Under the pieces are notes generated by a model. It was not told where the DNA came from. It worked only from the letters and a program-made list of their open reading frames with translations, and did not search any database. The translations under genes and the position numbers were made by a program. Below are positions 11,999 to 22,430 of a DNA stretch of 64,000 bases, one piece after another (positions within the stretch are counted from its first letter, which is position 1; each line of letters starts with the position of its first letter). This DNA is from Raillietiella orientalis (taxonomy: Eukaryota): assembly GCA_036172245.1 (NCBI GenBank), contig JAYWIR010000007.1, positions 2,852,001 through 2,916,000 of the forward strand, given 5' to 3'.

Positions 11999-12966
11999 TG
12001 CCTTATGGCGAACTCACGAGTTCCTGAAGAGCGTACCGTACGATTTCTGACATCTGTGCAAATGGTGGAAGGCCAGTCATTTGTGTTTACTTGGGATCGT
12101 GTTTGCTCTTTCACATGGAAACTTGGATCTTGTACACGGAAAACTGGGAAACTGGAACTTTACATGTTGTTTTGGTAACAAGGAGACTTTAGCAGGCGGT
12201 CAGAAATAACACACTTGAGTCTGCAGCAAGGTGCGTTCTTATGCATGCTCGAGATAGAATACCCTTGCAAGTCGTAGATCGCTGCTACAGAGGTGGGCTG
12301 AACGGTGCTGATGAGACTTTGAGCGAAAATTCCTCCCTTGCGGCACCATCGGCTAAAGAAAAATCGACCATTTTTGGAATTACCCTTGAGAAACAGAACT
12401 GGTTTTGAGTATCCAGGTTTTTTGTATTTCGTCGAGAAATTGGGGCTTAATTCGATCACATTGTGATGAACAATATGATCAAGTTAGGAGTCCGAGGATT
12501 ATCCGGAGATTCTGCTTATGGATAGCGATAAGACGTTTTATCTTGTTATCTCTACGTTTCGCTACAAGAGCTGCCTCAAAGAACCTTTTTTTTTTTTTTC
12601 CATGCTGCATTGCTGCACGCACTGCAATCGCAAATCAAAGTCAGGGTGAGCTCGAGAATAACTTGAAATTTTCTGCATCACAGTCACACAAATATTTTAG
12701 TAATGTTGCTGATACATATTTTGACCTTATTGCTGTTATTTCGGGATCATTGCTTCCCTACGCATCCCACTCGCACTGCAGCTACTGTCGCACCGCGGGT
12801 TTTCTTTTTAAAGTTGTTTTGCAAAACATCACTTGTTGCTCCATTCTCATCTCGCCCACCATCCACTGTTCTTCTGAGCAATTGGGTTCCCCCTTTTTTA
12901 TTGATCTCACCGGTTAATAAAAGTGGATAACTCTTGTGATTTCAGCTTAAGGCTTGGTGTCCACAC

Positions 12967-13295
12967 TGGTGATTATTAAGGAATGAAAGAACCACTCCCT
13001 TTCTGATTAGAACTGGGGAAAAAAATGCCAAATAACGTGTTGTATCTCATCGAACTGAGTGAGTCTCCGCAGCACCGGGAGGCTTATTTTAAGGATGCAG
13101 GATTTTCCTCTTCTAGAGCTCTTGGTAAAGCACTGCGAGTTTTCCAGTTTCTCAGAGAAACGAATGCATCAGCAAGCAATTAGTTTGCATGCAGTGCACT
13201 GATGTTTTCAGATAATGCGAGGGTGAAACAGTTGGAACCAGTAAACCCTTGGACACCATTGGTGAAGCCAAGGGCGCCCCAAGCTGCTCATAGCA
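12967..13295. repeat. Left arm of 329 bp near-perfect inverted repeat
   Basis: Reverse complement of 13923-14251 with two mismatches found; an additional ~29 bp inverted match at 13324-13352 / 13862-13890. Confidence 0.97.
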
Positions 13296-13378
13296 GCACG
13301 GGTCCTTCTGTCGCGGGCAAGAGCAATGCTTATGTGTGATTTTCCTTCCAAAAAAGCAGCATGTGGAGATTTTTCCAG

Positions 13379-13553
13379 TACTGAAAATGATTGTACTTGG
13401 TGTTCATCATTGAGAGGGTCCTCTGCAGATCATTCCAAAAGTCCCCATAACATGAAACGTCGACTACCAGCTTGCGATTCAGGAGGAACACCTAACGAAT
13501 GCTTTGCTGAGAGTCCAGCTGGACCCTCAGCAAAGATTTCCTGCAGTGCTTCA
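13379..13553 (+). other. Candidate exon X' inside the inverted-repeat spacer
   Basis: ttttccag acceptor ends at 13378, gtaacg donor at 13554, open frame TENDCTWCSSLRGSS..PACDSGGTP; paralogous to minus-strand module X. Confidence 0.5.
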
Positions 13554-13922
13554 GTAACGCATGCAGCCGATCCTCTGAAAGCCATTTCGGTTTGTCGAAT
13601 TCTACGTCATTTCACGGATGCGATATCTACAATCAAGTTGCATTCTATGGATTGGAAGCACGTTTCCTTTCCATCCAGGCAAAGATGTTCCTGTGTCTTT
13701 CGTCAAGGTCGCCCAGAGGCAGTTAAATCAGCGCTCACATGTCAAGGTCACATGCCAAAGTCAAGGAAGGCTGCAAAAAAAAAAAAAACAAAAAAAAAAC
13801 GAAAACAAAAAATGATCAGTGACACAAAAATAAGGGCTTGGAAATGATTTCAGACAGCCGCTTTGGAAGGAAAATCACACATAAGCATTGAACGAGTCGA
13901 GGAGCTTCGGAACAACCCGCCT

Positions 13923-14251
13923 TGCTATGAGCAGCTTGGGGCGCCCTTGGCTTCACCAATGGTGTCCAAGGGTTTACTGGTTCCAACTGTTTCACCCTCG
14001 CATTATCTGAAAACATCAGTGCACTGCATGCAAACTAATTGCTTGCTGATGCATTCGTTTCTCTGAGAAACTGGAAAACTCGCAGTGCTTTACCAAGAGC
14101 TCTAGAAGAGGAAAATCCTGCATCCTTAAAATAAGCCTCCCGGTGCTGCGGAGACTCATTCAGTTCGATGAGATACAACACGTTATTTGGCATTTTTTTC
14201 CCCAGTTCTAATCAGAAAGGGAGCGGTTCTTTCATTCCTTAATAATCACCA
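13923..14251. repeat. Right arm of 329 bp near-perfect inverted repeat
   Basis: Reverse complement of 12967-13295. Confidence 0.97.
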
Positions 14252-14532
14252 TTGATGAAGCCAATGGTGTCCTGGGTTTACTGGTTTCAACTGTTCCAAA
14301 CTCACATCATGATCTCATTCTGTCCATCCCTGGATTTGCACGCGTGTACTCTTCCTCCTTCCTTCTCTAAGAGCGGAGTGTGGAACGCTGATGAACTTCC
14401 ATTGCTGCTTTCATTCTGCAAATTCCGCATCATTTAGAGAAGGATTCATTATTCCAATCTCATTTGACACGGAGCTAATCACAAATGGTGCTCAGGTAGG
14501 AATTAAACGCACTAGTTCCCTTTGCTATTAAG

Positions 14533-14693
14533 CCGTGATGATTGCTTTCCTTGAGCTCATCGCATTTTCAGCCTCCCTCCTAGGTGTAACTTCATTTTGC
14601 GACTGTTAAGAAAGTCTTGCAGCTTTTCTCTTTTCCTCTTCCGACTGTTTTCTCGGTCAGTCGTGGCTTCTGCACCTGCTGCAGATTTCACCC
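14533..14693 (-). repeat. Exon-like module Y' (direct repeat with 11085-11267)
   Basis: Same orientation as Y; lacks 22 bp lying between two tgcag microhomologies. Confidence 0.85.
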
Positions 14694-15225
14694 TTCTACT
14701 TCATGAAAGCACATCGTGGGAAATGGATCGAATACTAAGGTGCCCTTTGCTGCCACTATTGCTCCTGGAAAACTCCTCTCCCGCCACCTCAAAATCGAGC
14801 ATGCTGCGATGTCCGTTTTCTGGAAACGAGTCTCTGATTGTGGGACCCCCAGTTTGGTCCAGCTGGCACCCCAGGTTCCCGCTTGCCAAGAGATCAATCC
14901 GCTCCCGCCGGGATGGTAGCTCGGCGTGCGAGGTTGAAACAAAGCGTGGTTCGAGCCACGGTCCGCCTTCGAATCTCGCGGAATCGAGAGGTTTGGTCGG
15001 CGAAGAGATCCAGCAGGTTGCCGCCCACAGAGCTGTTCATCGCCCTGGGGCACTGACTGGTGTCGATCCCCCCTCCCCCATCCACCCATTCCCTTCCATC
15101 GTAAGTGCGACACATCTCTCCCTTGCTTATTTTTTTCATACCGGACAACCCTAAGGAGGGGCTTAATCCAAAAAGTTGGGCTTGCACCCACGACCGCTCT
15201 GTCGGATTTTTCTCTCCCTCCCTTC

Positions 15226-15274
15226 CGCGTGTGCGTGCGTGTGCGCGCGCGCGCGCACGCTCTCGCGCGTGTGT
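15226..15274. repeat. Alternating purine-pyrimidine (CG/TG) tract
   Basis: 35 bp of uninterrupted alternation at 15226-15260 including a (GC)n run, then cgcgcgtgtgt. Confidence 0.9.
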
Positions 15275-18149
15275 TTTGTTCTCTGAAGGCAGAATAAATG
15301 ATGGAAACAATATTCCACATCGAACATTCCTGTAATCTGGCTTACGTCTGGGGCTCGAACGCGCACGTGGCGATGCATGTGTTCACGTGCGACAGGGGTA
15401 TTCTTTTCAAGTTTTCGCTGCTGTTTCTCAGCGTGATTCCAAGGAAGGAAAAATCTTGACATTGTAAGCATCTTTGTGAAATCAAGAAGGCTGAATACCC
15501 TGCCGTGTATTTCTGGGCGTGCTCCTCGAAAGAACAAATGTCAAAATATTGTGTGCGCTCAACAAATGCTCCGCTGCCGGTCCAGCTGGGGAAACACGAT
15601 TTTCCAGCAGCGCTCCAGCGTTCCTCTGGATGCTGCTTTGGGGTTTCCGCACGCGCGCATTCCTGAACTCCTGCTCCCCTTGGAAGCAGGAGGTCTCTGT
15701 TTGTCGAAGGGGGACCCCGATGAAGATCTCTAACTGAGCACCGAAAACGAGAGGATGAGGGCTGCGACGGCAGGTCGGCTTCCACTTCACCCCGGCGCGC
15801 GCCACCAATTTCAGGATGGAACAAGACTGGTTACTTTATGTCGCTTGTGGCAACATGGAAACGATTGTCCTGCAAGTGACCAACTAACTTGCAATGACGA
15901 AGCACAATGCGCTCAGCTTCATCCACCGTTTCTAAGCAGCATCTTTCCGGCAGTATACAGAGAAAGGAAAAACATCGACGCTTCATTGTCGGGATGCTGT
16001 CCAATTCCGTACTTCATTCATGTACTTGCAGAGCTGTTGATGCTGCTAGAAAACATCCGTACATTCGCACACTCTTCTTCTGGAGAATGATGCTGCTTTC
16101 CAAAAGTTCCACGTGTTCGGAGAACGAGTCGACACCCTATGGAAAATCCCGACAAATACCGTCTCTTGAGGTTCGGATAACTGATGTGGATCGCAACCGA
16201 TCACTTCCTAAAGCTAACTTCGATCAGATTTGTTTTCTCTTTTTTTTTTTTTTTTTTCTCCTTTGGTTTTTTGGTTTTCATTTATCTATCTCTTCCGATT
16301 CATGAAGCTTACACAAGCCGCCGTTAATACCATTCTCAGATCGAGGGTTTCTGTTTTAGAAAATCTCATTCCCTTCTATGGTGCCCACTATTAATCAAGG
16401 TTTTATCACGCCAGTGCATTTTTGCTTCAAAAGGCCTGCTTTCTTGCTTCCAGAGGGAATTGGTTCTTTTCCTGAACATTTTTGCAAGTGATGCCGCACG
16501 ATGGTGACGCGAGACTTGCATGTCATCGGTCCAGAAAAACGGATGAAATGAATTTAGTTTAACGAGGACTCCAAAAGAGCATGCAGATTCGAAGCAGAGG
16601 AAAGGACGAGCTCATAGGGAGGAAATAAGTGCGGAGACAGCACATTGGATGCACTGCCAGCCATCCTGAAGGATGCCACATTTCAGCTCACCGTTTTGGG
16701 AACACTTGACGCAAAATTCAGATTGCCTTACGTCGGATTTGCAGCTGATCTGAATGTACACTCAATCGTCTCTTGGAATATGATTTCAATGTCAAAGACA
16801 CTTGCACGCATACATTTTGAGATCAGCACACAGCAATAGGTACGTAAGTTGGTATTCGTGACTCATGTTGCATACAGCTACATCTACTCTACAGAGTGCA
16901 CACTACATCGAGAGGAATTCATGAACCTTCCCTCCTTTGTTTCATGAATCCTTTACAGGAATACAAGATCTTGTCTTTTCCAAGTTTTCATTTCCTCTTA
17001 AGGCCCAAGGCTATGGAGCTGGTGCCTAAGCGACATTTGATCTCTGCGCACAATGAGGGACCCCTGATGGTGACGAACCCTGGAAATGCCACCGGCAGTG
17101 GTGCAAACCCACATTTGAGGAATGCTGATAGAGCCGATACACGAAGCGCACACATGCCTCCACACAAGAAGCTCAGAAGAAAGTTGAGCTGGGCTACTCA
17201 TGATCCCATTCTGCCATGCTCATGGAGTTCGATGGCATCTTTAGAAGCGGCCGCAGATCTCGCTGTTCTATGGTATTGGGAAACATGATTACTGTCTTTC
17301 CTCTACAGAAGTGAGCATCTTTCGTCGGTGATCATGTGTGCACTCACCAGTGACTAACCACACAGTTAAAGGAAGTTTGTCCTGGATTGCATCTTTCTTT
17401 GTGGTTTCTCGCACTCGTGGCTGTTCGAAATTCCGAGATCCATGACGGTCAAGGCCCCTTTAGGGAGATTTCGCTTTATCAGCAAACTCCAGTAGCTGGA
17501 AAAAGTGAGTGGAGTTTATTTCCGCCTTGGCTGTGCGTACGTCTATGCTGACGCGCCAGCAACAAGATGGGAGGTTTTTTCTGGCGCTGGATGCAAACCC
17601 TGCCTTTTTGTTTGCGTGAGGTTTAGGTGGTTCTTAAGAAGGGAGTGCTTTGTGTAGCGTCATCCATGCTTCTCTTGGTTAGCTGCAAACTTCATTTTTG
17701 AAGAGGTGGAAAGGTCTTTCTCTTGATATCCCCTGTCAATTCACAACGGGCAACGAAGAAGCAATTGGTAGTCAAGAAGACTTCGTCGTATTGACAGTGC
17801 TGCAAAGATACTTCATCAGTCATGTACGTGAAGAGGTTTCTACACTCTAATTCTATCGACATACAGTACATGCCTTGCATCCACTACATACGGCTGCATC
17901 CAGATCCGACCAACAGCGACAGTCGTTCCCTTTACCCGTCCGAAAATCGCAAGAACCCTGAAGATGCTATTTTCACATTGAATGGTTCCCAAGATGCCAT
18001 GACATCACACCTGATGGAATGATTTTTACGTACTTCTGATATGTACAAGTCTCCAGGTGCACATACGTTCACCTCAGCTGGAAGGTTATTCATCCCTTCG
18101 GTTATTCTGTTTGCTCATTTGCTGTTTTCTAGAAGACCACCTGCTCTTG

Positions 18150-18830
18150 GAGAAAGTAGGGAAGAGAAGTTGCCACGCGTTCTCAATCATCGTAAAAGAT
18201 GCTCATTGTCACCCCATCGTCCAGCTGAGAAAGCTGTCTGAGATCCAGTAGGTCAAAATAAAAGGAATGCTCCCAAAACAGTGGCGGCTGGTGGCGTCCT
18301 CCAGCCAACCAACACCGGTGGTCGACTCGAGACCGCGGTTGCACCTGATGCTCCGGAACGAGGGACGAGCCATCATGAACACCTCACGATTCTGGATGCA
18401 GCTCCATCTTTTTAGAATCCCGGGGATTCCCTACAACTCAAGAGAGATGGCATTGGAAGAAGTCTGCCTCCCTAAAGGAAGCGAGGCAGAGGAAAGAGTA
18501 AGGATACAGGGGATTGTCTACTCTTCGTTTCTCCTCCAGGGCAGCGCCCGCTTCGGTTCAGTGCTGGTCTGGGATCCAAGGAAGGGCGAGTAGCCGAGAG
18601 GGCTCAGGGTCTCCCTACTGCAAGACAGCGGGAGTCTGAAGAGAGAAACCGTGTGCATCAACGCTAGATGTTCTCAGAGCATGTGTTGGGTATATCTATA
18701 GGGTTATACGCCATGATCAACAACCTCTGGAGCAAGGAAAACCACGACCGACCGAAGGATATGGCAACCGAACCTTAAGGTAATGGGAGGTTCGTTGTCA
18801 GCTTTCACTGTACAGACTGAAAGCGAACCT
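18150..18830 (+). mobile_element. Decayed 3' end of NeSL/Utopia/R2-like RLE non-LTR retrotransposon
   Basis: EEKLPRVLNH (cf. ETLPHVLNHC), DSRPRLHLMLRNEGRAIM (cf. RPDLVLxNE), GSVLVWDPRK (cf. GSWDP), LKRETVCINARCSQSM in the expected order; two stem-loops in the putative 3' UTR at 18763-18824. Confidence 0.6.
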
Positions 18831-20999
18831 ATATCCGTCTTGTGGAAGCTATCTCCAGCCATCTGTCTGCTTCTTAACGGTGCGTTTCCAAAGATACAGG
18901 ATAGAAAGGAGAACTTGGGAGTCGGACCTGTGAATGGGCTCGGAAATGATGCTCTATGCTAATGATCGAGGGCGCTTGGAGTGCACAAAGAGGCAACATC
19001 CCTTGTAAGATCTTCCTCCTGATTAAGGAATGATTTGAGCAGTGGTAAGAAAAAGAAATTTTTGAGTATCCTAATTAGGAAGATGTCTGCACGTGGGTTC
19101 TGGGGAGACAGCGACTTCAGTTTGCAAGTTCAGACGGGTACATCCTCTGCGGACGGTCGCCTGAAGGATGGGAGATGCAAGAGAGCGCTCTCGGAAGAAG
19201 TTCAGTGGAGGAAAAGTTCGATCTGCCAATCAAAGACGGATAATTCAACTTCCGGCACATGCCTGCTAGCACCAAGGGGTAGAAAAGAGAAAAACCCTCA
19301 AGGTTCCTGTGTTCTGAGTTCTTCATCTTCCAGAATAGGGGAAAGCCACACTAGATAACGTGTTCTGAGAGTTCTTGATCCCTCTCATTCCCGAAACATT
19401 TCTTGATCCCTCTCCTTTGTCTGGTATTGTCCACAGCTACTGCTTTGAGACGCCGTTCGTTTTCGTTTTTGCTCTTCAGTCTTCAGACTCACAAGCTTAT
19501 CCCACATGAAGAGATGGCAGAGAAAAGCTGCACCGAGTCTCCATTAAACCAAGGAATCCTCATCCTCTCTGGCGAGGAAGATTGACTCCAGAGGCACCAA
19601 AGAAAGAGTTTTCTAACTCCCGCTTCCATCACTTTCCTCTCCCAGTTGATCGACTTTCGATGCCAAGTTTTCCCGTGCGTCTCCTCGTCTCTTTCTCAGT
19701 TTGCGTTCAAAGGAGACAGCCAGGAACGTATCCACTTTTACCCAGACGTGCATGAAAAAAAAAAAAAAACACAGTTGCCGCTTTCTCGGACTCCTCTACA
19801 CAAGAACCAGCTCATCTGAGATAGGAATCTGAGGAGCCGGCGACACGCCAGGCGATGGTGGCTTTGATCCGGGCATTCCCCCAATTCCTCCCGCGAGTCC
19901 CTTCGATCTGCTTCCCGACAAATCTCCATCCCACGATTTTTCTCCCCTCATCCCAGATCCTTAATCTTTTTTTTTTCTTTCATTTTCTCCTTTTTTTCTC
20001 CCCTGACTCCAGTGAGATGCATCGATGTCCGTGTTTACGCTTTGGGCGAACCCAATTTGCTTTACGGCCGCTGATATCGGAAGTTCTTCCGTATCTATCC
20101 GTTCCGAACAATTTATTTTTTTCTTCCCCATCGGGTCCGTCGATCGGAGGCGGACACACATCAATTTTTATGCTTGTCCGCAGGCTCGCGGCAGCAAGCT
20201 TTCCAAATGTGGCTGTGCTGGAAGGAGAGGTCTCACCTGGTAGCAACCTCACCCTCCGTCCTCCATCTTTGCAGCTCTCCTTTTCAAGGGGTGTTCTCCC
20301 ACGTGATCTCTTTCGAGACACCTATCGTTTTACTGATTCTCTTCCATTGTGGTGAGCTCCCTAGCCCCTATAGTGTTCAGTAGTCGAGCGGGTCAGTTCC
20401 TGGAGAGTGTAGAGTCCACGAATCCTGCTCGATACCTCTGTGGCACTCCAGAAAAATTGAACAGCCACCTTCCCCAATATCTTCTTTTCCAATGAAAGGT
20501 CGGCAGTGGCGTTGGAGGAGGAGTTACTACAGAGGGATGAGAGCAACCTGGCTCCTTTTTTTTTTCATGGGAATGTAGTCTGCAAGCAAGCCCTCTGGGA
20601 TAGCAGCATTTTCCATGGCGAGGAGATCCATTGAAAACTCTAGACCTGCCTTTCTCCTTCGGACCGCAAAAGACGCAAGATGGTAAGTTCCAATGCATGC
20701 CACAGTCAAGACAGATATTAAAAGCGCCTTCCAGACTATCATACAGATGAAGCAGTTAGGCAAAGTTAGGAAATAGCAGCACAACAGAAGATTTAACCGG
20801 TTTCATTTGTTTCACCAAATACCAATTCTCATGATGTGATTGTACAACTTGTACAACGCGCTGTTGGCTCACGTCCCACCGCAATAATGGCTCAGTCGAA
20901 TAAAAAAAAACAACGGGTCGATAAGCTCACCACACAATGTGCATCATCTAACATTAGAAACACTAGCAATAACTCCGAGCCCTCTCATAAGGATCCTCC

Positions 21000-21790
21000 C
21001 CTGAGTCCAAGCCTGCCAACAACGCTGCCGTCAACCCCTTGAGGGACTTTTCCCTCAGCGAGATCCTGGACTAGCTAGCTCGCTTCCCAGGGCTCTGAGT
21101 GCACGTCCACTCAAGATGCCATGCGTCCTTACCTGCATCGATGGGATGTGCCGAGTGCCAAGTGACCTGCCGCATCGCGGGGACCACCAAGCTCACCGCT
21201 CAACGGAAGACGTCATGGCTGGAGGACGAAACCACGCGAGAAGACGTAACTCGGATCCAGTTGGGGGGGTTCAGTTCAAAGGGGATGCCAGGCAACTGGC
21301 ATCCCCTTTGAACACTTCGAGATCCCTGCTTTCCTGGTCGACGGCTGCGTTCTTCACCTACGCTTCCAGCAGACTGCCATCTTGGTGGTGCTGTAGTCTC
21401 AGCCCCTAAGTGACCAATGTTGCCATTCCTCAGCAGGGAGAGTGCTCAAGAAATGCACTCACTGGATGGGGATCCTTCCGCACGTGTTTCCGCAACGTGG
21501 AGGAGTGGGTCAAGGACGGGAGCGCGCATCGCAGAGGCCTCCTTGCATGATCTATCCAGAGAGACGCTCGCTCCTCCAGGCTTACCGGTTGTCCCCTGGC
21601 CGTCGATTCGATGCTATTCGTGAGAGAGGCAGAGACCTCCATGATGGTGAAAGGGCACGGCCGTTTGTAGTCTCTGTCTCCATCTTCTGTAGGGAGATGA
21701 AATGTCCCGATCGGGGATGCGAGGTGCGAAGAAACCTCACGACGATTGTGGGCGGCGAACTCTGTCTTTCCGTTCCCTAAGTAGAAAAGA
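21000..21790 (-). mobile_element. Internally deleted L1/Tx1-like reverse transcriptase remnant
   Basis: PFTIMEVSASL..STARG (cf. PFTxEEV..KAPG), ALSLLRN, then RGFV..PRDAAGHLALG-IPSMQVR..RAL (cf. PKxxGGLGIP). Many frameshifts. Confidence 0.45.
21274..21313. repeat. Perfect 18 bp hairpin with GCAA loop
   Basis: gttcaaaggggatgccag-gcaa-ctggcatcccctttgaac. Confidence 0.95.
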
Positions 21791-21879
21791 GGGAATCAGG
21801 TGGAAATTATGTTTATTTATTTTAAAGAAATTAAATTTTAAATAAAAAACCCAGAAATTTGATCATGAGATGTGAAGGA

Positions 21880-22430
21880 CGATGGCATTTGGGCACCATT
21901 TGTCTCTAAGCAACGTGGACGCCATCAACAGAGTTGTGGATCGAAATGCATTCGCTGAAGTGCAGAAGACCTTTGTAGACTTGACGAGGCAGAGACATGG
22001 ACTTTCCTATCCTGAAGATGGTCAGTATCCACGGTGATGGACGAGAAAAAAAGCAATTCATTATGATCTGGATCACTGGTGAAAACATCCTGCCGCCAAA
22101 TATAATGCCTTCTCCTCAATGACCGCAATGACCTAGGGACCATGGAAGGATTCGTTCCTCCAAATTGTGAAAGCTTTTTTGATTTGTGTATTGAAGACTC
22201 AGTATGATGCGTGATGCCCAAAATCCCTAGAAATGAGACACTGAATACTTTGTAGACTCTTTCCACTTGCACACTCTAGAACCTTCTTGTACTCAGTGTC
22301 ATTCGTACGCTCACAGGATTACGAAAGTAACAAGGAAGCTTGCAATGATGTGTTCCCACGTATAACACAGCCCAGACGTCCACCAAGCACACTAAAGATG
22401 GACAAGCAGGCAGACGAAGTGGTTGAATGA
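21880..22430 (-). pseudogene. Ionotropic receptor (IR/iGluR-like) pseudogene fragment, M3 to S2 region
   Basis: AWW..CYT(GN)IIASFLVT (cf. WW..SYTGNLIAFLTV), intron acceptor tttctag near 22227, later LQRSSAL..NAFRSTTLLMASTLLRDKW (cf. LQKGSPL..F..L.ESGLIDKW). Stops and frameshifts present. Confidence 0.45.

Noticed and set aside
12160..12459. CRAL-TRIO-like motif VAAIYDLQGYSIS (minus)
   Set aside because: One short motif with wrong spacing to the upstream GR motif; the downstream sequence is better explained by the duplicated exon modules.
12967..14251. MITE/foldback transposon interpretation of the 329 bp inverted repeat
   Set aside because: No TSD or known terminal motif seen, and the arms and spacer resemble neighbouring local exon modules; not fully excluded without a copy-number search.
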